Of a stretch of 51,700 bases of DNA, positions 8,704 through 17,996 are shown piece after piece (position 1 is the first letter of the stretch; every line of letters begins with the position of its first letter). The notes under the pieces were generated by a model. It was not told where the DNA came from. It worked only from the letters and a program-made list of their open reading frames with translations, and searched no databases. The DNA is taken from the IMG/VR virus record IMGVR_UViG_3300021168_000005, positions 1 to 51,700 of that record; one strand, given 5' to 3'. A program made the translations under genes and the position numbers. Source of the stretch: a virus (taxonomy: Duplodnaviria; Caudoviricetes).

Positions 8704-9071
8704 AGAACGACTTCTAGTTCTTTATCAGGATCGTTATTAATCATTTCTCTTTGAGCTTTTAGCATTCCAACTATACAACCATGAGATGCTAAATGTTGGC
8801 CGAATTTTGCTTTACTGTCGGGATGAATTCTAAAATCTTCTCTTCCGAAAGTATTAGTACCATTTATAGGCGTTAGGTTCATAGTAACTGGGCCTAACTT
8901 AAGATGGTCATAGGCTGGACCGATACGGTATAATCCTCTCGGAAGAGGACCGACATTCTTTACTTCTTGCATATTAGGATTATTAAGTCCTAATCCTATT
9001 CCTGAATAACAGCAGGCAAAAAATTCTCCGTTCTTATATAATTTTCCCGAACTCTGAGAGAAAGTCCACAC
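8700..9071 (-). CDS. Tlde1/DUF2778 L,D-transpeptidase-family protein, candidate endolysin
   Basis: YSG..G.NNP...GPLPRGLY.IG...GR..FRIH...ASHGCI, the YkuD-like H...SHGC catalytic motif. Confidence 0.8.
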   Translation of the reverse strand: MWTFSQSSGKLYKNGEFFACCYSGIGLGLNNPNMQEVKNVGPLPRGLYRIGPAYDHLKLGPVTMNLTPINGTNTFGREDFRIHPDSKAKFGQHLASHGCIVGMLKAQREMINNDPDKELEVVL

Positions 9072-9094
9072 TTCGTATTGTCTCCTTAATAATA

Positions 9095-10552
9095 TTAATT
9101 GCTAGGAAGTATTAAAATATTCATTGCGCTAGCAGGTGCGCCACTTATGCTCGTTCCAAGTTGAGTCGAAGATACTGTTGAGCCTCCGGCATGGCTAGAA
9201 GCCATTATCAAATTAAAAGTGACTCCAGCATTATTAGCATAAGTAATTGTTGATCCACCAGAACCAGTAAATCCATATCCTGATGCACTTCCCGGTGTTG
9301 CAGTTTCCGAGCCTGCAAAACCTGCGGTTCCATCACTAACATAAGCTACATCTTGTCCAGAAGCCGTAGATGATACATATAACCACCAATGTACTATTAC
9401 TCTACAAGGACAGCCCGACGAAGGCATAGTTACAGCTTTAGTAATAACAGTATTATTACTATTACCGATTGCTGTAGTACTTAACGTAGTTGTCGTAGAC
9501 TGCGCGAGTATTGCTTTAGTAGCGCTGGCGCTAATAGCACTTTGAACAAACGCATCCGTAGCAAGCTGAGTAGTATTATCCGCAGGAGAGCCGTTAGTTG
9601 GTGCAACAGGAGTTCCTGTAAACGTCGGAGATGCTAGCGGCGCAGCTCCACTAATTTGAGAAACTGAATAATCTCCAGTATTCGCTAATATAGCACCAGT
9701 ACGACCAAACACACTAGTAACAGGTGCTCCTCCGGAAGTAACGTATCCTTGTCCTTTAACCCAAGCACTGTTAACAATTTGTGTACTATTATCAGCTAAC
9801 GACTGTGTTGGTGTCGTAGGTGTCCCGCTGAAAACAGGACTAGCAAGTAATGCTAGTGTGCCTCCAACCGCAGGTAATGTAACATTAATATGCCCTGTAG
9901 CCGCTTGACTACATACTGTCGTATCGTCTCCTGCATCGAAATTAAATTTAACACAAGGAACTGTTAAGGTTCCTGTAAAAACAGGATTAGTAGCACCAAT
10001 GATAACAATTTGCCATCCAGTACCATTACAGATAGCAATTAAACATTGACGCATTGTCCCATCAATACTGTTAATATATAATGCACCAAAACCACCATTA
10101 GCTTCGCTATCGCGGTAAGCGCGCGCGATAGTAGGTGCCGTATTAACCGCAGGTACTATCAAGAAGGAACTAAGTGAAGCTGATAAGTTTTGTGAAGCAC
10201 CATGTACGCTAACGATAGCAACAGAACAATTCTGTACGCTCGCATTCGGACATAGAATAAATTGCCAAGTATTTCCTGACGGAGTCACTACCGTGTTGTC
10301 ATCTAAAATGACAGTAAATGTTCCCGTAGCATCAGCCGTTCCAAAATGATTGGAGGTTATAGGATTACCGTTATTTAATGGCGAAGCCGGATTACCAAAC
10401 GGCTGCATAAAATTAGCTTGCCATTGAGCATTTGCCCAAACCTGTCCCGCCGAATCCGTCAACGTTGCTGTTACCGTAGTAAGTGCCGGAGGCGTAGCAC
10501 TGGCAAGGCCAGTAAATATTAATACTAACGCAGCTAGGAGTTTAGATTTCAT
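9095..10552 (-). CDS. tail fibre-like protein with N-terminal signal peptide
   Basis: Two ASP.F.GTP..PT....DN.TQ fibre repeats and VTSVFGRTG; leader MKSKLLAALVLIFTGLASA. Confidence 0.75.
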   Translation of the reverse strand: MKSKLLAALVLIFTGLASATPPALTTVTATLTDSAGQVWANAQWQANFMQPFGNPASPLNNGNPITSNHFGTADATGTFTVILDDNTVVTPSGNTWQFILCPNASVQNCSVAIVSVHGASQNLSASLSSFLIVPAVNTAPTIARAYRDSEANGGFGALYINSIDGTMRQCLIAICNGTGWQIVIIGATNPVFTGTLTVPCVKFNFDAGDDTTVCSQAATGHINVTLPAVGGTLALLASPVFSGTPTTPTQSLADNSTQIVNSAWVKGQGYVTSGGAPVTSVFGRTGAILANTGDYSVSQISGAAPLASPTFTGTPVAPTNGSPADNTTQLATDAFVQSAISASATKAILAQSTTTTLSTTAIGNSNNTVITKAVTMPSSGCPCRVIVHWWLYVSSTASGQDVAYVSDGTAGFAGSETATPGSASGYGFTGSGGSTITYANNAGVTFNLIMASSHAGGSTVSSTQLGTSISGAPASAMNILILPSN

Positions 10553-10739
10553 GTTCTTCTTTTATCCTATTATTAAGTAGATAACTAAGTGTATGAATCA
10601 TCTTTTTAGCTTTTTCTAATTGATCATATGCATCAGTAAATTTACCTTCTTCCCATTTTACTTTAGCAACTTCAATATACCCCATAATACCAGCTAAATC
10701 ATTCTGCACTTTATGCGCCAACTTTCTTGTTATAACCAT
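10542..10739 (-). CDS. stand-alone histidine-kinase DHp (HisKA-like) helical hairpin
   Basis: LAHKVQNDLAGIMGYIEV resembles an H-box, followed by an amphipathic second helix. Confidence 0.55.
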   Translation of the reverse strand: MVITRKLAHKVQNDLAGIMGYIEVAKVKWEEGKFTDAYDQLEKAKKMIHTLSYLLNNRIKEEHEI

Positions 10740-10751
10740 TTTATCCCCGAA

Positions 10752-11144
10752 TTATAAATCATCAATAGCTTTTTCATAATCTATCCAGTTAACTTTCAGC
10801 TCCGCTGAGAGTAGCCGTTCTAAGTTTGTAGCAAAGAAATGTTCTGTTCTATACGGAGCATGAGGATCATCTCCAGGTTCAGCATGGCTATCTTTACTTC
10901 GTTTCTTCTCATATTCAACATCAAACGCTGTTACCTGTTCATCCGTAATACCTCTGTCAAGACAGAGAAGTACCTCTACGAGTTCATGTATACCAACAAG
11001 TAATTCATATCGCCAGTTCCCAATTTTAGATACTCTTATCAAGATAGTATCTTTCTCCGCATCAATCTGCCAATCTCCGACTGTCGGATAACGTTGTTTA
11101 TCATGGTCAATAGTTTCAATTAGTATATTCATTATCTTAACCAT
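10752..11144 (-). CDS. HExxE zincin-like metalloprotein
   Basis: VGIHELVE ... EHFFATNLE metal-ligand pattern; start may be 11132. Confidence 0.6.
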   Translation of the reverse strand: MVKIMNILIETIDHDKQRYPTVGDWQIDAEKDTILIRVSKIGNWRYELLVGIHELVEVLLCLDRGITDEQVTAFDVEYEKKRSKDSHAEPGDDPHAPYRTEHFFATNLERLLSAELKVNWIDYEKAIDDL

Positions 11145-12406
11145 CCTTGCGACATTAGAGTATTATATCGTTTATGTACACAAGTAAGGATATCAGCACG
11201 ATATTGCATGTTCGGTATCTGAAGTTTTTTAATTTTAGAATCTATTTTGCTAAAAGCTTCTGGAATAGTACTGCCGCTCGCAATTGGAACTGTTATTAAT
11301 CCACTAATTCCTGCGGTTACTAATTCGTCTTCTTTGTTAATGCAGCAATCATAAAGATAGTAAGACCGCCAGATATCTTCGACATCTTCTAATCCTTGAA
11401 TAGGAATATCCGGATGATGATGACCATCTATTTCAGAAGGATACGGAGGAATAGAAATTCTTACTCCACCTGCATACTGCGTTTTAATTCTGTATTCAGG
11501 TTTCACACCATGTGCTATCATTGCTAAGAACTCTGCAAGATCAGAACTTATAATATGAAATAATGTCGGAGACGCATCATAGCCGAAGCGTGGTGTCCAT
11601 TCAAGACCGTACATTTCTCGGTCACTTACGATAGTATTAAGATCAATCATCCCTCTATACTTAGCACTTCGCAAGAAGTCTTTAAGCTTTCCAAGTCCTT
11701 CCCGAAACACAAGAGGAAGATTAAGACTATCATAAATAAAAACGAGATTACCAGCGCAGCCAGTATTAGGCCCTTTCCCACCTTCCATGAATTTCTTTTC
11801 TTCGAGAGTTCCATTAACCAGATAAAAATCTTCTCCATTGAACCAACCTTCGGTAGAAACTTCAGTTCCTTCAACAACTTCTTGAAGTAGAAATTCTACG
11901 CCTTTGATAACGCTACCGAGTTTATCAATATAACGCAGCATATCTTCTGGCGACTTACTCACGTAAGTAAATGCCGTATCTTGATCTCCGAAGGCTTTAA
12001 AAACGTATCTCTTTTTAGTTTTCTTAATAAAACTCTTCGCTTCGCCAAGATCGTTAAACTCTTTGTATGGCGGAACATTAATACCACACTGTTCCATTAT
12101 CTGTATACCAGCAAGTCGGTTATTCTCAATTTCACTAGCGAAGCCACTATCGCCTATAACAGGCGCTAAAGTTGCGGCTTCATCAGCAACTTTAGCCATA
12201 TCTGTTGAATCAAAAATTATAAGATCATATTTCTTAAAATCTGGTTTCTCCATCATTAAATCAGGGCAAAGTCCTCCAAGAGCGTTGGAGTAAGCTTTAT
12301 TCTTTTTACCACAATAATAAATATCAACACTATGACCCTCTTCAAGAAATCTCAAAGAGAACCAATTACCAACGCATTCGTGAGTTACTAGTAATAGTTT
12401 TGCCAT
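11132..12406 (-). CDS. PurD (GAR synthetase)-like ATP-grasp ligase
   Basis: YVFK, LQEVVEGTEVS, EEKKFMEGGKGPNTGCAG (compare PurD GPNTGGMG), LEWTPRFGYD. Confidence 0.8.
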   Translation of the reverse strand: MAKLLLVTHECVGNWFSLRFLEEGHSVDIYYCGKKNKAYSNALGGLCPDLMMEKPDFKKYDLIIFDSTDMAKVADEAATLAPVIGDSGFASEIENNRLAGIQIMEQCGINVPPYKEFNDLGEAKSFIKKTKKRYVFKAFGDQDTAFTYVSKSPEDMLRYIDKLGSVIKGVEFLLQEVVEGTEVSTEGWFNGEDFYLVNGTLEEKKFMEGGKGPNTGCAGNLVFIYDSLNLPLVFREGLGKLKDFLRSAKYRGMIDLNTIVSDREMYGLEWTPRFGYDASPTLFHIISSDLAEFLAMIAHGVKPEYRIKTQYAGGVRISIPPYPSEIDGHHHPDIPIQGLEDVEDIWRSYYLYDCCINKEDELVTAGISGLITVPIASGSTIPEAFSKIDSKIKKLQIPNMQYRADILTCVHKRYNTLMSQGWLR

Positions 12407-12423
12407 AGTGTTGATATCTTTCT

Positions 12424-12591
12424 TTATCTTGGTAGAATATTAATAGCATGTCCTGTGCCAATAGCAAGTAAGAAAGCTAACAAGCCACAGAAAAACATTA
12501 TTCTACCAATTTCAGCAAGTTTCGCTTGTGAACAAAGTGCGTACATAAGGACACCAATCAAAGCTACAAGTATACTGAAATAGATTATCAT
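12424..12591 (-). CDS. 55-aa two-TM membrane protein (holin-like; not in ORF track)
   Basis: MIIYFSILVALIGVLMYALCSQAKLAEIGRIMFFCGLLAFLLAIGTGHAINILPR, AAGGA RBS. Confidence 0.65.
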   Translation of the reverse strand: MIIYFSILVALIGVLMYALCSQAKLAEIGRIMFFCGLLAFLLAIGTGHAINILPR

Positions 12592-12613
12592 AGAGTCCTT
12601 TCATCAAAGTTAG

Positions 12614-12796
12614 TTAAGCCCAATCATCTCCCTTCTTTTTGGGCGGTACTCCTTCAGTAGTTCCAGTATTAAAATTACCTCCGCTTCCTCCTTCTGCTCC
12701 AGTAGGAGGACCGTAGGAACCTTCGGTGTTATGTTCGATTCTTTTAATATTTGCTTTTGTTTCTTCGACCGTGTGAACGTGTGGTTGATTTCCCAT
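12614..12796 (-). CDS. 60-aa Gly/Thr/Glu-rich peptide
   Basis: MGNQPHVHTVEETK...GSYGPPTGAEGGSGGNFNTGTTEGVPPKKKGDDWA, AAGGAG upstream. Confidence 0.55.
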   Translation of the reverse strand: MGNQPHVHTVEETKANIKRIEHNTEGSYGPPTGAEGGSGGNFNTGTTEGVPPKKKGDDWA

Positions 12797-12821
12797 TTTA
12801 TCTGCTTTCTCCTTTTTAATT

Positions 12822-14468
12822 TCATTGTTTCTTGTCAGGATCTTTAAGTTGTTCTGCAATTATTCTACCCGGCCAGCCAAGCTTATAAGTTATGTCTCTT
12901 GCTAATCCTCTAGCTTGTTGTTCTGCTTTATAAGTATCGCCCTCTTCGAGGGCTTTATAAATATTCTTGCCCCTTATAACAGGCTTAAAGAAAAAGTCTT
13001 CTATGTTACTAGCAGTTGGGCCTTCTAAGAATCCCTTTCCACGATTATATAAACCTGCTCGCCAAAGAGAATTAAAGATTCCTAAGCCTCCGGCATAGCC
13101 AAGGGCTGAGAAGTATTCTGCTGCGCCTTCATTATCTCGTTTTAGTGGATTCTTTCCGCTTGCAATATTTTCTAGCGAATGTACTAATTCGCCGAAGGCG
13201 GGGAAGACGGTTCCATAAACTAGTAAGGTCTTTGCAAATTCCGCAGGACCACCATACTTGTAAGCTTCAGAGAAGCCACTCCATAAAAATCTTCCGTATC
13301 TATAGGCGAAGTCTTTATATTGAAAAGCCAACCTTGCAACTGCTGACTCTTGCCACTTCCAAGGAGTATCAAGTTCTCGTGTTACCATTATAGAACGATT
13401 CGCTTCTTTAAACATCGCCGTTGATATATCATTCTCTGTAAGCTGAAAGCCTTTCTCAGCAGCTTCATCGTACTTGATACCTAACTTCTCAAGAGTAAAT
13501 TTTGACCATTGGTCATAACCATCTTTAGATAATTTCTCTGCTGCGTCAAGCGCAGCATGTTTACCTGCTAATGCGGCGAGTGTAAGTTCTTGGCGCCTTA
13601 CCCAATTAAAGCCGGGAAAGTGAAATAGTTTTTCAAATAATCCCGCGCCTCTGGCATCAGCCTGCATTTCATAATGAAGTTCATCAAATAAAACACCACT
13701 CTTCATTATTCCATTCATTATATCATCAGCACCAGTGATAACTTTTCCGTAGTCTGCTAACGCTTTAGCGGTTGCTTTAAATCCGCTATCTAGTAACGTA
13801 GCTCCTACTTGACTCATATGCGGAATCGCTATTAATGGCGCATTCATCCATCCATTAGCTTGTCTTAAAGCAACTTCCCAATCTTCAGGATGAGTCCACT
13901 TACCTTTTTCACGTATCTCAACATCAGAAAGACTAATCCCTTTCTTAGCTGTAGGATCAATCTTAACTCTTCTCGTTCGCCATCCCGGTAGGCTTACATC
14001 TTTGCCGGGCAACTTATAAGACTCTCCAGCATCATGCATCACGTAAGATAATGCATCGCTCATCATATTACCGTAAACTTTACCATTAGACTTCGTTGCA
14101 TCGTAGATAGCCTTAATGAGAACTTCGTCTTTCTTACCAAGATAAGTTTGACGAACATCTCCCCACGCCTTACGGCGAGCACTGGTTGATATATCTGCAA
14201 GTGCTTTCTTACGGAACTCCGGCTTCATAGAAGGAGATATGTTTTTAACGCCTACATCAAAATAAGCTTGTGCTGTTTTTCGGCTCTGCGGAATAACAAC
14301 ATTGTCAATATGATCGAGTAGAACTTTACCACTTTCACTTTTAGATAAAATATCTCTAGCTGTTTTAAAGAAACCTTGTCCTTCAGCAAACTTACTCATA
14401 AAGGAAGAGATTCCTTCAGAAGCTTCTTTCTCGACGATATCCCCGGCGATATTACTAAGGCCGCCCAT
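12822..14468 (-). CDS. putative internal virion / DNA ejection protein
   Basis: 548 aa, helical, LAFQYKDFAY motif and hydrophobic C-terminal segments; position in the podovirus ejection block. Confidence 0.55.
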   Translation of the reverse strand: MGGLSNIAGDIVEKEASEGISSFMSKFAEGQGFFKTARDILSKSESGKVLLDHIDNVVIPQSRKTAQAYFDVGVKNISPSMKPEFRKKALADISTSARRKAWGDVRQTYLGKKDEVLIKAIYDATKSNGKVYGNMMSDALSYVMHDAGESYKLPGKDVSLPGWRTRRVKIDPTAKKGISLSDVEIREKGKWTHPEDWEVALRQANGWMNAPLIAIPHMSQVGATLLDSGFKATAKALADYGKVITGADDIMNGIMKSGVLFDELHYEMQADARGAGLFEKLFHFPGFNWVRRQELTLAALAGKHAALDAAEKLSKDGYDQWSKFTLEKLGIKYDEAAEKGFQLTENDISTAMFKEANRSIMVTRELDTPWKWQESAVARLAFQYKDFAYRYGRFLWSGFSEAYKYGGPAEFAKTLLVYGTVFPAFGELVHSLENIASGKNPLKRDNEGAAEYFSALGYAGGLGIFNSLWRAGLYNRGKGFLEGPTASNIEDFFFKPVIRGKNIYKALEEGDTYKAEQQARGLARDITYKLGWPGRIIAEQLKDPDKKQ

Positions 14469-14471
14469 TTA

Positions 14472-16685
14472 TTATTCCTTTTTTCCTAATGAACGATTAA
14501 TAACTTTCTGTCGTTCTTCAGAAGTAAGCTCTTCAAACTTTTTATTAGGATAAAGTTCTTTAAGCGCGTCTCCAAGTTTCATGGTGTCTTTACCAGAAAC
14601 TTTCTGTGTTGCTTCTCGCATTCTGCGATTTAAAGCTTCTTCTTCTGTTTCTTGTGGAACCTTTTTAGTGCTTTCTGCTGCTTTACTTTCTGCTTCTGAA
14701 GCTTGCTGAAGCAACTTAACTTCGTGAGCAAAAGGAGATTCTCCCGGTGCAGAATGTTGTCTCCAATATCTAAATGGTTCTCCTTCTTTCATAAGACCAG
14801 CTTTAGTAGCCTGATCTATATCACTCCAAACTTTATCACTCATCAGTAATAAGTTTGGCAATCGCCCTTTATCTCCTGGAAATTCTTCTTGGAGTTTAGA
14901 CAGCAGAGCTGTGAAAACTTTATTACGTTCTTTCGATGGCCCTAACCTCTGCTGGTCCGTCATTAAGATATTCAGATAGAAAAGAAACTTATGACCTCTA
15001 GCTTCGAACTGTATCTTATTCTTGCCAAGTCCAAGCTTATCTAACTGAGCATCAACATGCTTGGTTAAATTTTCTCCAAATTCTAAACTTTTAGCACTAG
15101 CTACGCCGGGTTTAACTGCAACGCCAGTATCCGGATCAATAGTTCCTTTACCATAAAGATGATCTATTGCCTTCTGTGGGTGATTCCGTATCAGCGTATC
15201 AAGACTATCTTTATTAGCTGCATGAGAGATACTTTCATGCGTTTGTTGTTTGCTTGCGCCCTCTAATTTAGTAAGAACATTATTAAGCTCTGGAACTGCT
15301 GCTCGCTGCTTTACTAAGTCTTGCGCCACGTCAACACCAACAACCGTTTGGTCGATATAAGCGATCTGATCTGCAAACTCAGGAGCTACTTTAGCTAGCT
15401 TCGCTAGTGCAACTTTCTTCATCGCTTCTGGTGCTTTACTGAAATTACCTCCAGTAAGATCATTCAAGGCAGATATAACTGCCGCACTTATTTTCTGCTT
15501 CTGGCTACCTGCTAACGCGATGGTCGGTGTAGAAACTGTCGTTATCGGAGACTTCGTTTTTATATCTTTGATAGCAATATCTACTAAATCTGAAACTCCT
15601 TTTCCACCGGCCCATCCAAATATACGTCCTAAAAACATTTCCGCAGGAGTAAAAATAGCAGTTCCAATACCAAAACCTGCTGCTTCTTTAGGGCCACTTT
15701 CTCCTGATACAGTTCCGACAAGATAACCTTGAGCAGCATTATAAATAGACTTACTAGCAATTTTAGCTACGCCAGTAGCCTTATCGACATTAAGAAGTTC
15801 TCCAATTCCTACTTTACCGAGCAATCCTTCTGAAAGCTCGAAAGCTGGAAGCTGCCCTGCAAATTCTCCCGCTCCGCGCATAATCTTGTTGGTTAGATTT
15901 TGTTTGTAACCATTCAAAGCATACCACTCATCAGCGCTAAGATATTCATCAAGCTTCTTTTCTGTCTTATCTTCTCGCACTGATGTGTAATGGGGATTCA
16001 TAATAATCGGCCCCATGTGAGCAGCGACTGTCGCGCTTAATAGCGCAGTGCCAAGAGAGAACTCTTTAGATAGATTTTGAAAGTGAAAGATAGCAGTTCT
16101 ATTAGCTTCTTCTAAAGCTTTCGCAGTGTGCAACACAGTAGATGCTACGCCACTAGCGCCAGCTTTTAAAGCTTCTTCATGTTTCTTTTCATCTGCTCTA
16201 GTAAGACCAGGAATTATGCCACCTAACGGCTTATCTTGTGCAGAGGGGTTAACTTTTCCCTGCCAGTAAGTTCCTCTATCTCTGGCCCAAGCTTTAAAGT
16301 CTCCCTTATAATTTGCAGCTTTATTTACAGGCTCAACATATTTCTTATAGAAGGCTGCTTGATAAGCAAGTCTTTTTTCCGCTGTCGCGTTCTTGTATAA
16401 GTCACTCTCTTCAAGTGTCTTAAGATGTCTTTGCATCACGACCGAAGGTGGTAACGTAGTTTCTGGTTCATAACTACCGCTAGCATCAGCACGCGCCATT
16501 GCTTCTTTAAATCCCGGAGATTTACTAAGCAACGGAAACATCTCGTCTGTGTTAATCATTATCGGAGACTGATTATTCGCAGACGTAGGAACTTGTGGAG
16601 CATTAGGATTATCTAACGCTCCACTTGTTATTGGAGTCGGTATAGTAATATCATCACTGCTGGTCTGCTGTCGTTGCGGCATCAT
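14472..16685 (-). CDS. putative internal virion / ejection protein
   Basis: 737 aa, Ala/Gly-rich helical middle; synteny. Confidence 0.5.
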   Translation of the reverse strand: MMPQRQQTSSDDITIPTPITSGALDNPNAPQVPTSANNQSPIMINTDEMFPLLSKSPGFKEAMARADASGSYEPETTLPPSVVMQRHLKTLEESDLYKNATAEKRLAYQAAFYKKYVEPVNKAANYKGDFKAWARDRGTYWQGKVNPSAQDKPLGGIIPGLTRADEKKHEEALKAGASGVASTVLHTAKALEEANRTAIFHFQNLSKEFSLGTALLSATVAAHMGPIIMNPHYTSVREDKTEKKLDEYLSADEWYALNGYKQNLTNKIMRGAGEFAGQLPAFELSEGLLGKVGIGELLNVDKATGVAKIASKSIYNAAQGYLVGTVSGESGPKEAAGFGIGTAIFTPAEMFLGRIFGWAGGKGVSDLVDIAIKDIKTKSPITTVSTPTIALAGSQKQKISAAVISALNDLTGGNFSKAPEAMKKVALAKLAKVAPEFADQIAYIDQTVVGVDVAQDLVKQRAAVPELNNVLTKLEGASKQQTHESISHAANKDSLDTLIRNHPQKAIDHLYGKGTIDPDTGVAVKPGVASAKSLEFGENLTKHVDAQLDKLGLGKNKIQFEARGHKFLFYLNILMTDQQRLGPSKERNKVFTALLSKLQEEFPGDKGRLPNLLLMSDKVWSDIDQATKAGLMKEGEPFRYWRQHSAPGESPFAHEVKLLQQASEAESKAAESTKKVPQETEEEALNRRMREATQKVSGKDTMKLGDALKELYPNKKFEELTSEERQKVINRSLGKKE

Positions 16686-17985
16686 CTTCCCCTGACTGGA
16701 ATAGTTGCAGCATTTGCTGCATCTCGTTATCGTCCAATTTTAGGGGATCTTGATTAAAATCATTCTCATCAAGACCAACTCTTTTAGCAGCCTCTGCCGA
16801 GACTATTTTCTGCTGCATCTCTAACAAAGAAAGCTGATTATTTAACGCTTTCAGTGCATTATTATCATGTGCTTTAGCCGCTGCTGTTACTTGTTCTTTA
16901 ATAGCTTTAGCTTGTGAATCTAGTGATTTAATAAGTGTACCCAGTTTCTTATCCTCAATATTTCCAGCCGTAGGCTTAAATCTCTCGCGTAATTGTTGAA
17001 CGCGATTATTAACTCCCTCTAATACTTTATCCGCACGATACTTCCACATGCGTTCCATAATTTGCATTCTATCATTAGCACCTTGCACTGTCATCAATGT
17101 ACGTAGTACTGCGGCTTGAGTGTTTCTATCTTTAGCATCGACCATCATCTTGGCCATGTTCATCTTATCATCATTAGTAAGTTTATTAGCCGCTGCACGT
17201 TGATTGATCTGCATTAAATCCTTAGTGAAGGTTAACTCTTCTCCTGCCTTCGGCAGTACTCCTGATTTCGTCAATTGTTCTATTATTGCTAACCTTGGGT
17301 CCATCTGCGCGGTCTGCGGAACTTGCCTCATAAGCGCTTGCGCTTGAGGAGCTAACATTGTTTTCTTGGCTGCAAAATCTTGCGTGTCTTTAGCAAAAGC
17401 AGCTTTAAGCGCGTCTTGTGCTGGATTAGGTTTCTCCTTCTTTTTCTTTTCCGCAAGAGGATTTAAGTCCACTTCAAAAGCTTTAGCTAGTGCTTTTGCT
17501 TTTTTAGGATCAGAAACGATACCATTAATGATATCTGCATTGTGCTTCATCATTTCTTTATTGCCTGAGGCTTGGGCTTCGTTGTACCCTTTTATAGCTC
17601 CAGACATAATCTCAAAGTCATGCTGAAGTTTCTGAACATCCATCTGATAGTGTTTCTTTTCCGCTCCGCGTACAATATCCGCTATTGTGCCGAATAACGC
17701 TTGCTTATCCGCACGCTTGCGTTCTCCAACACTACCGAACGATCCTTGAGGTATTCCACCTCCCGGTGTAGGCTGCGGAGGTGATGGAACAATTGGACGT
17801 GCTAATTCCGGCCCAAAAGTAATATCGCCTCCAGCACTACCCATTCTTTGTTGTACAAGTTGCTGTATAAGATTTTGTGCTTGTTGCTGAATCGCAGCTT
17901 GATCTGGAAGCGCCGAAGTCGCGGCTCCAGTTAGTAAGTCTGTACCACTTTGTCCGGGCATTAACATTGCAGGATTATCTGGCAT
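16654..17985 (-). CDS. putative internal virion protein (coiled-coil)
   Basis: 443 aa, Q/A/K-rich helical; synteny. Confidence 0.5.
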   Translation of the reverse strand: MPDNPAMLMPGQSGTDLLTGAATSALPDQAAIQQQAQNLIQQLVQQRMGSAGGDITFGPELARPIVPSPPQPTPGGGIPQGSFGSVGERKRADKQALFGTIADIVRGAEKKHYQMDVQKLQHDFEIMSGAIKGYNEAQASGNKEMMKHNADIINGIVSDPKKAKALAKAFEVDLNPLAEKKKKEKPNPAQDALKAAFAKDTQDFAAKKTMLAPQAQALMRQVPQTAQMDPRLAIIEQLTKSGVLPKAGEELTFTKDLMQINQRAAANKLTNDDKMNMAKMMVDAKDRNTQAAVLRTLMTVQGANDRMQIMERMWKYRADKVLEGVNNRVQQLRERFKPTAGNIEDKKLGTLIKSLDSQAKAIKEQVTAAAKAHDNNALKALNNQLSLLEMQQKIVSAEAAKRVGLDENDFNQDPLKLDDNEMQQMLQLFQSGEDDAATTADQQ

Positions 17986-17996
17986 TTAAAATCTCC

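Noticed and set aside
11132-12406. Bona fide purD auxiliary metabolic gene
   Set aside because: Substrate-loop motifs diverge, no other pur genes are present, and it lies in the virion operon, so the gene symbol was withheld.
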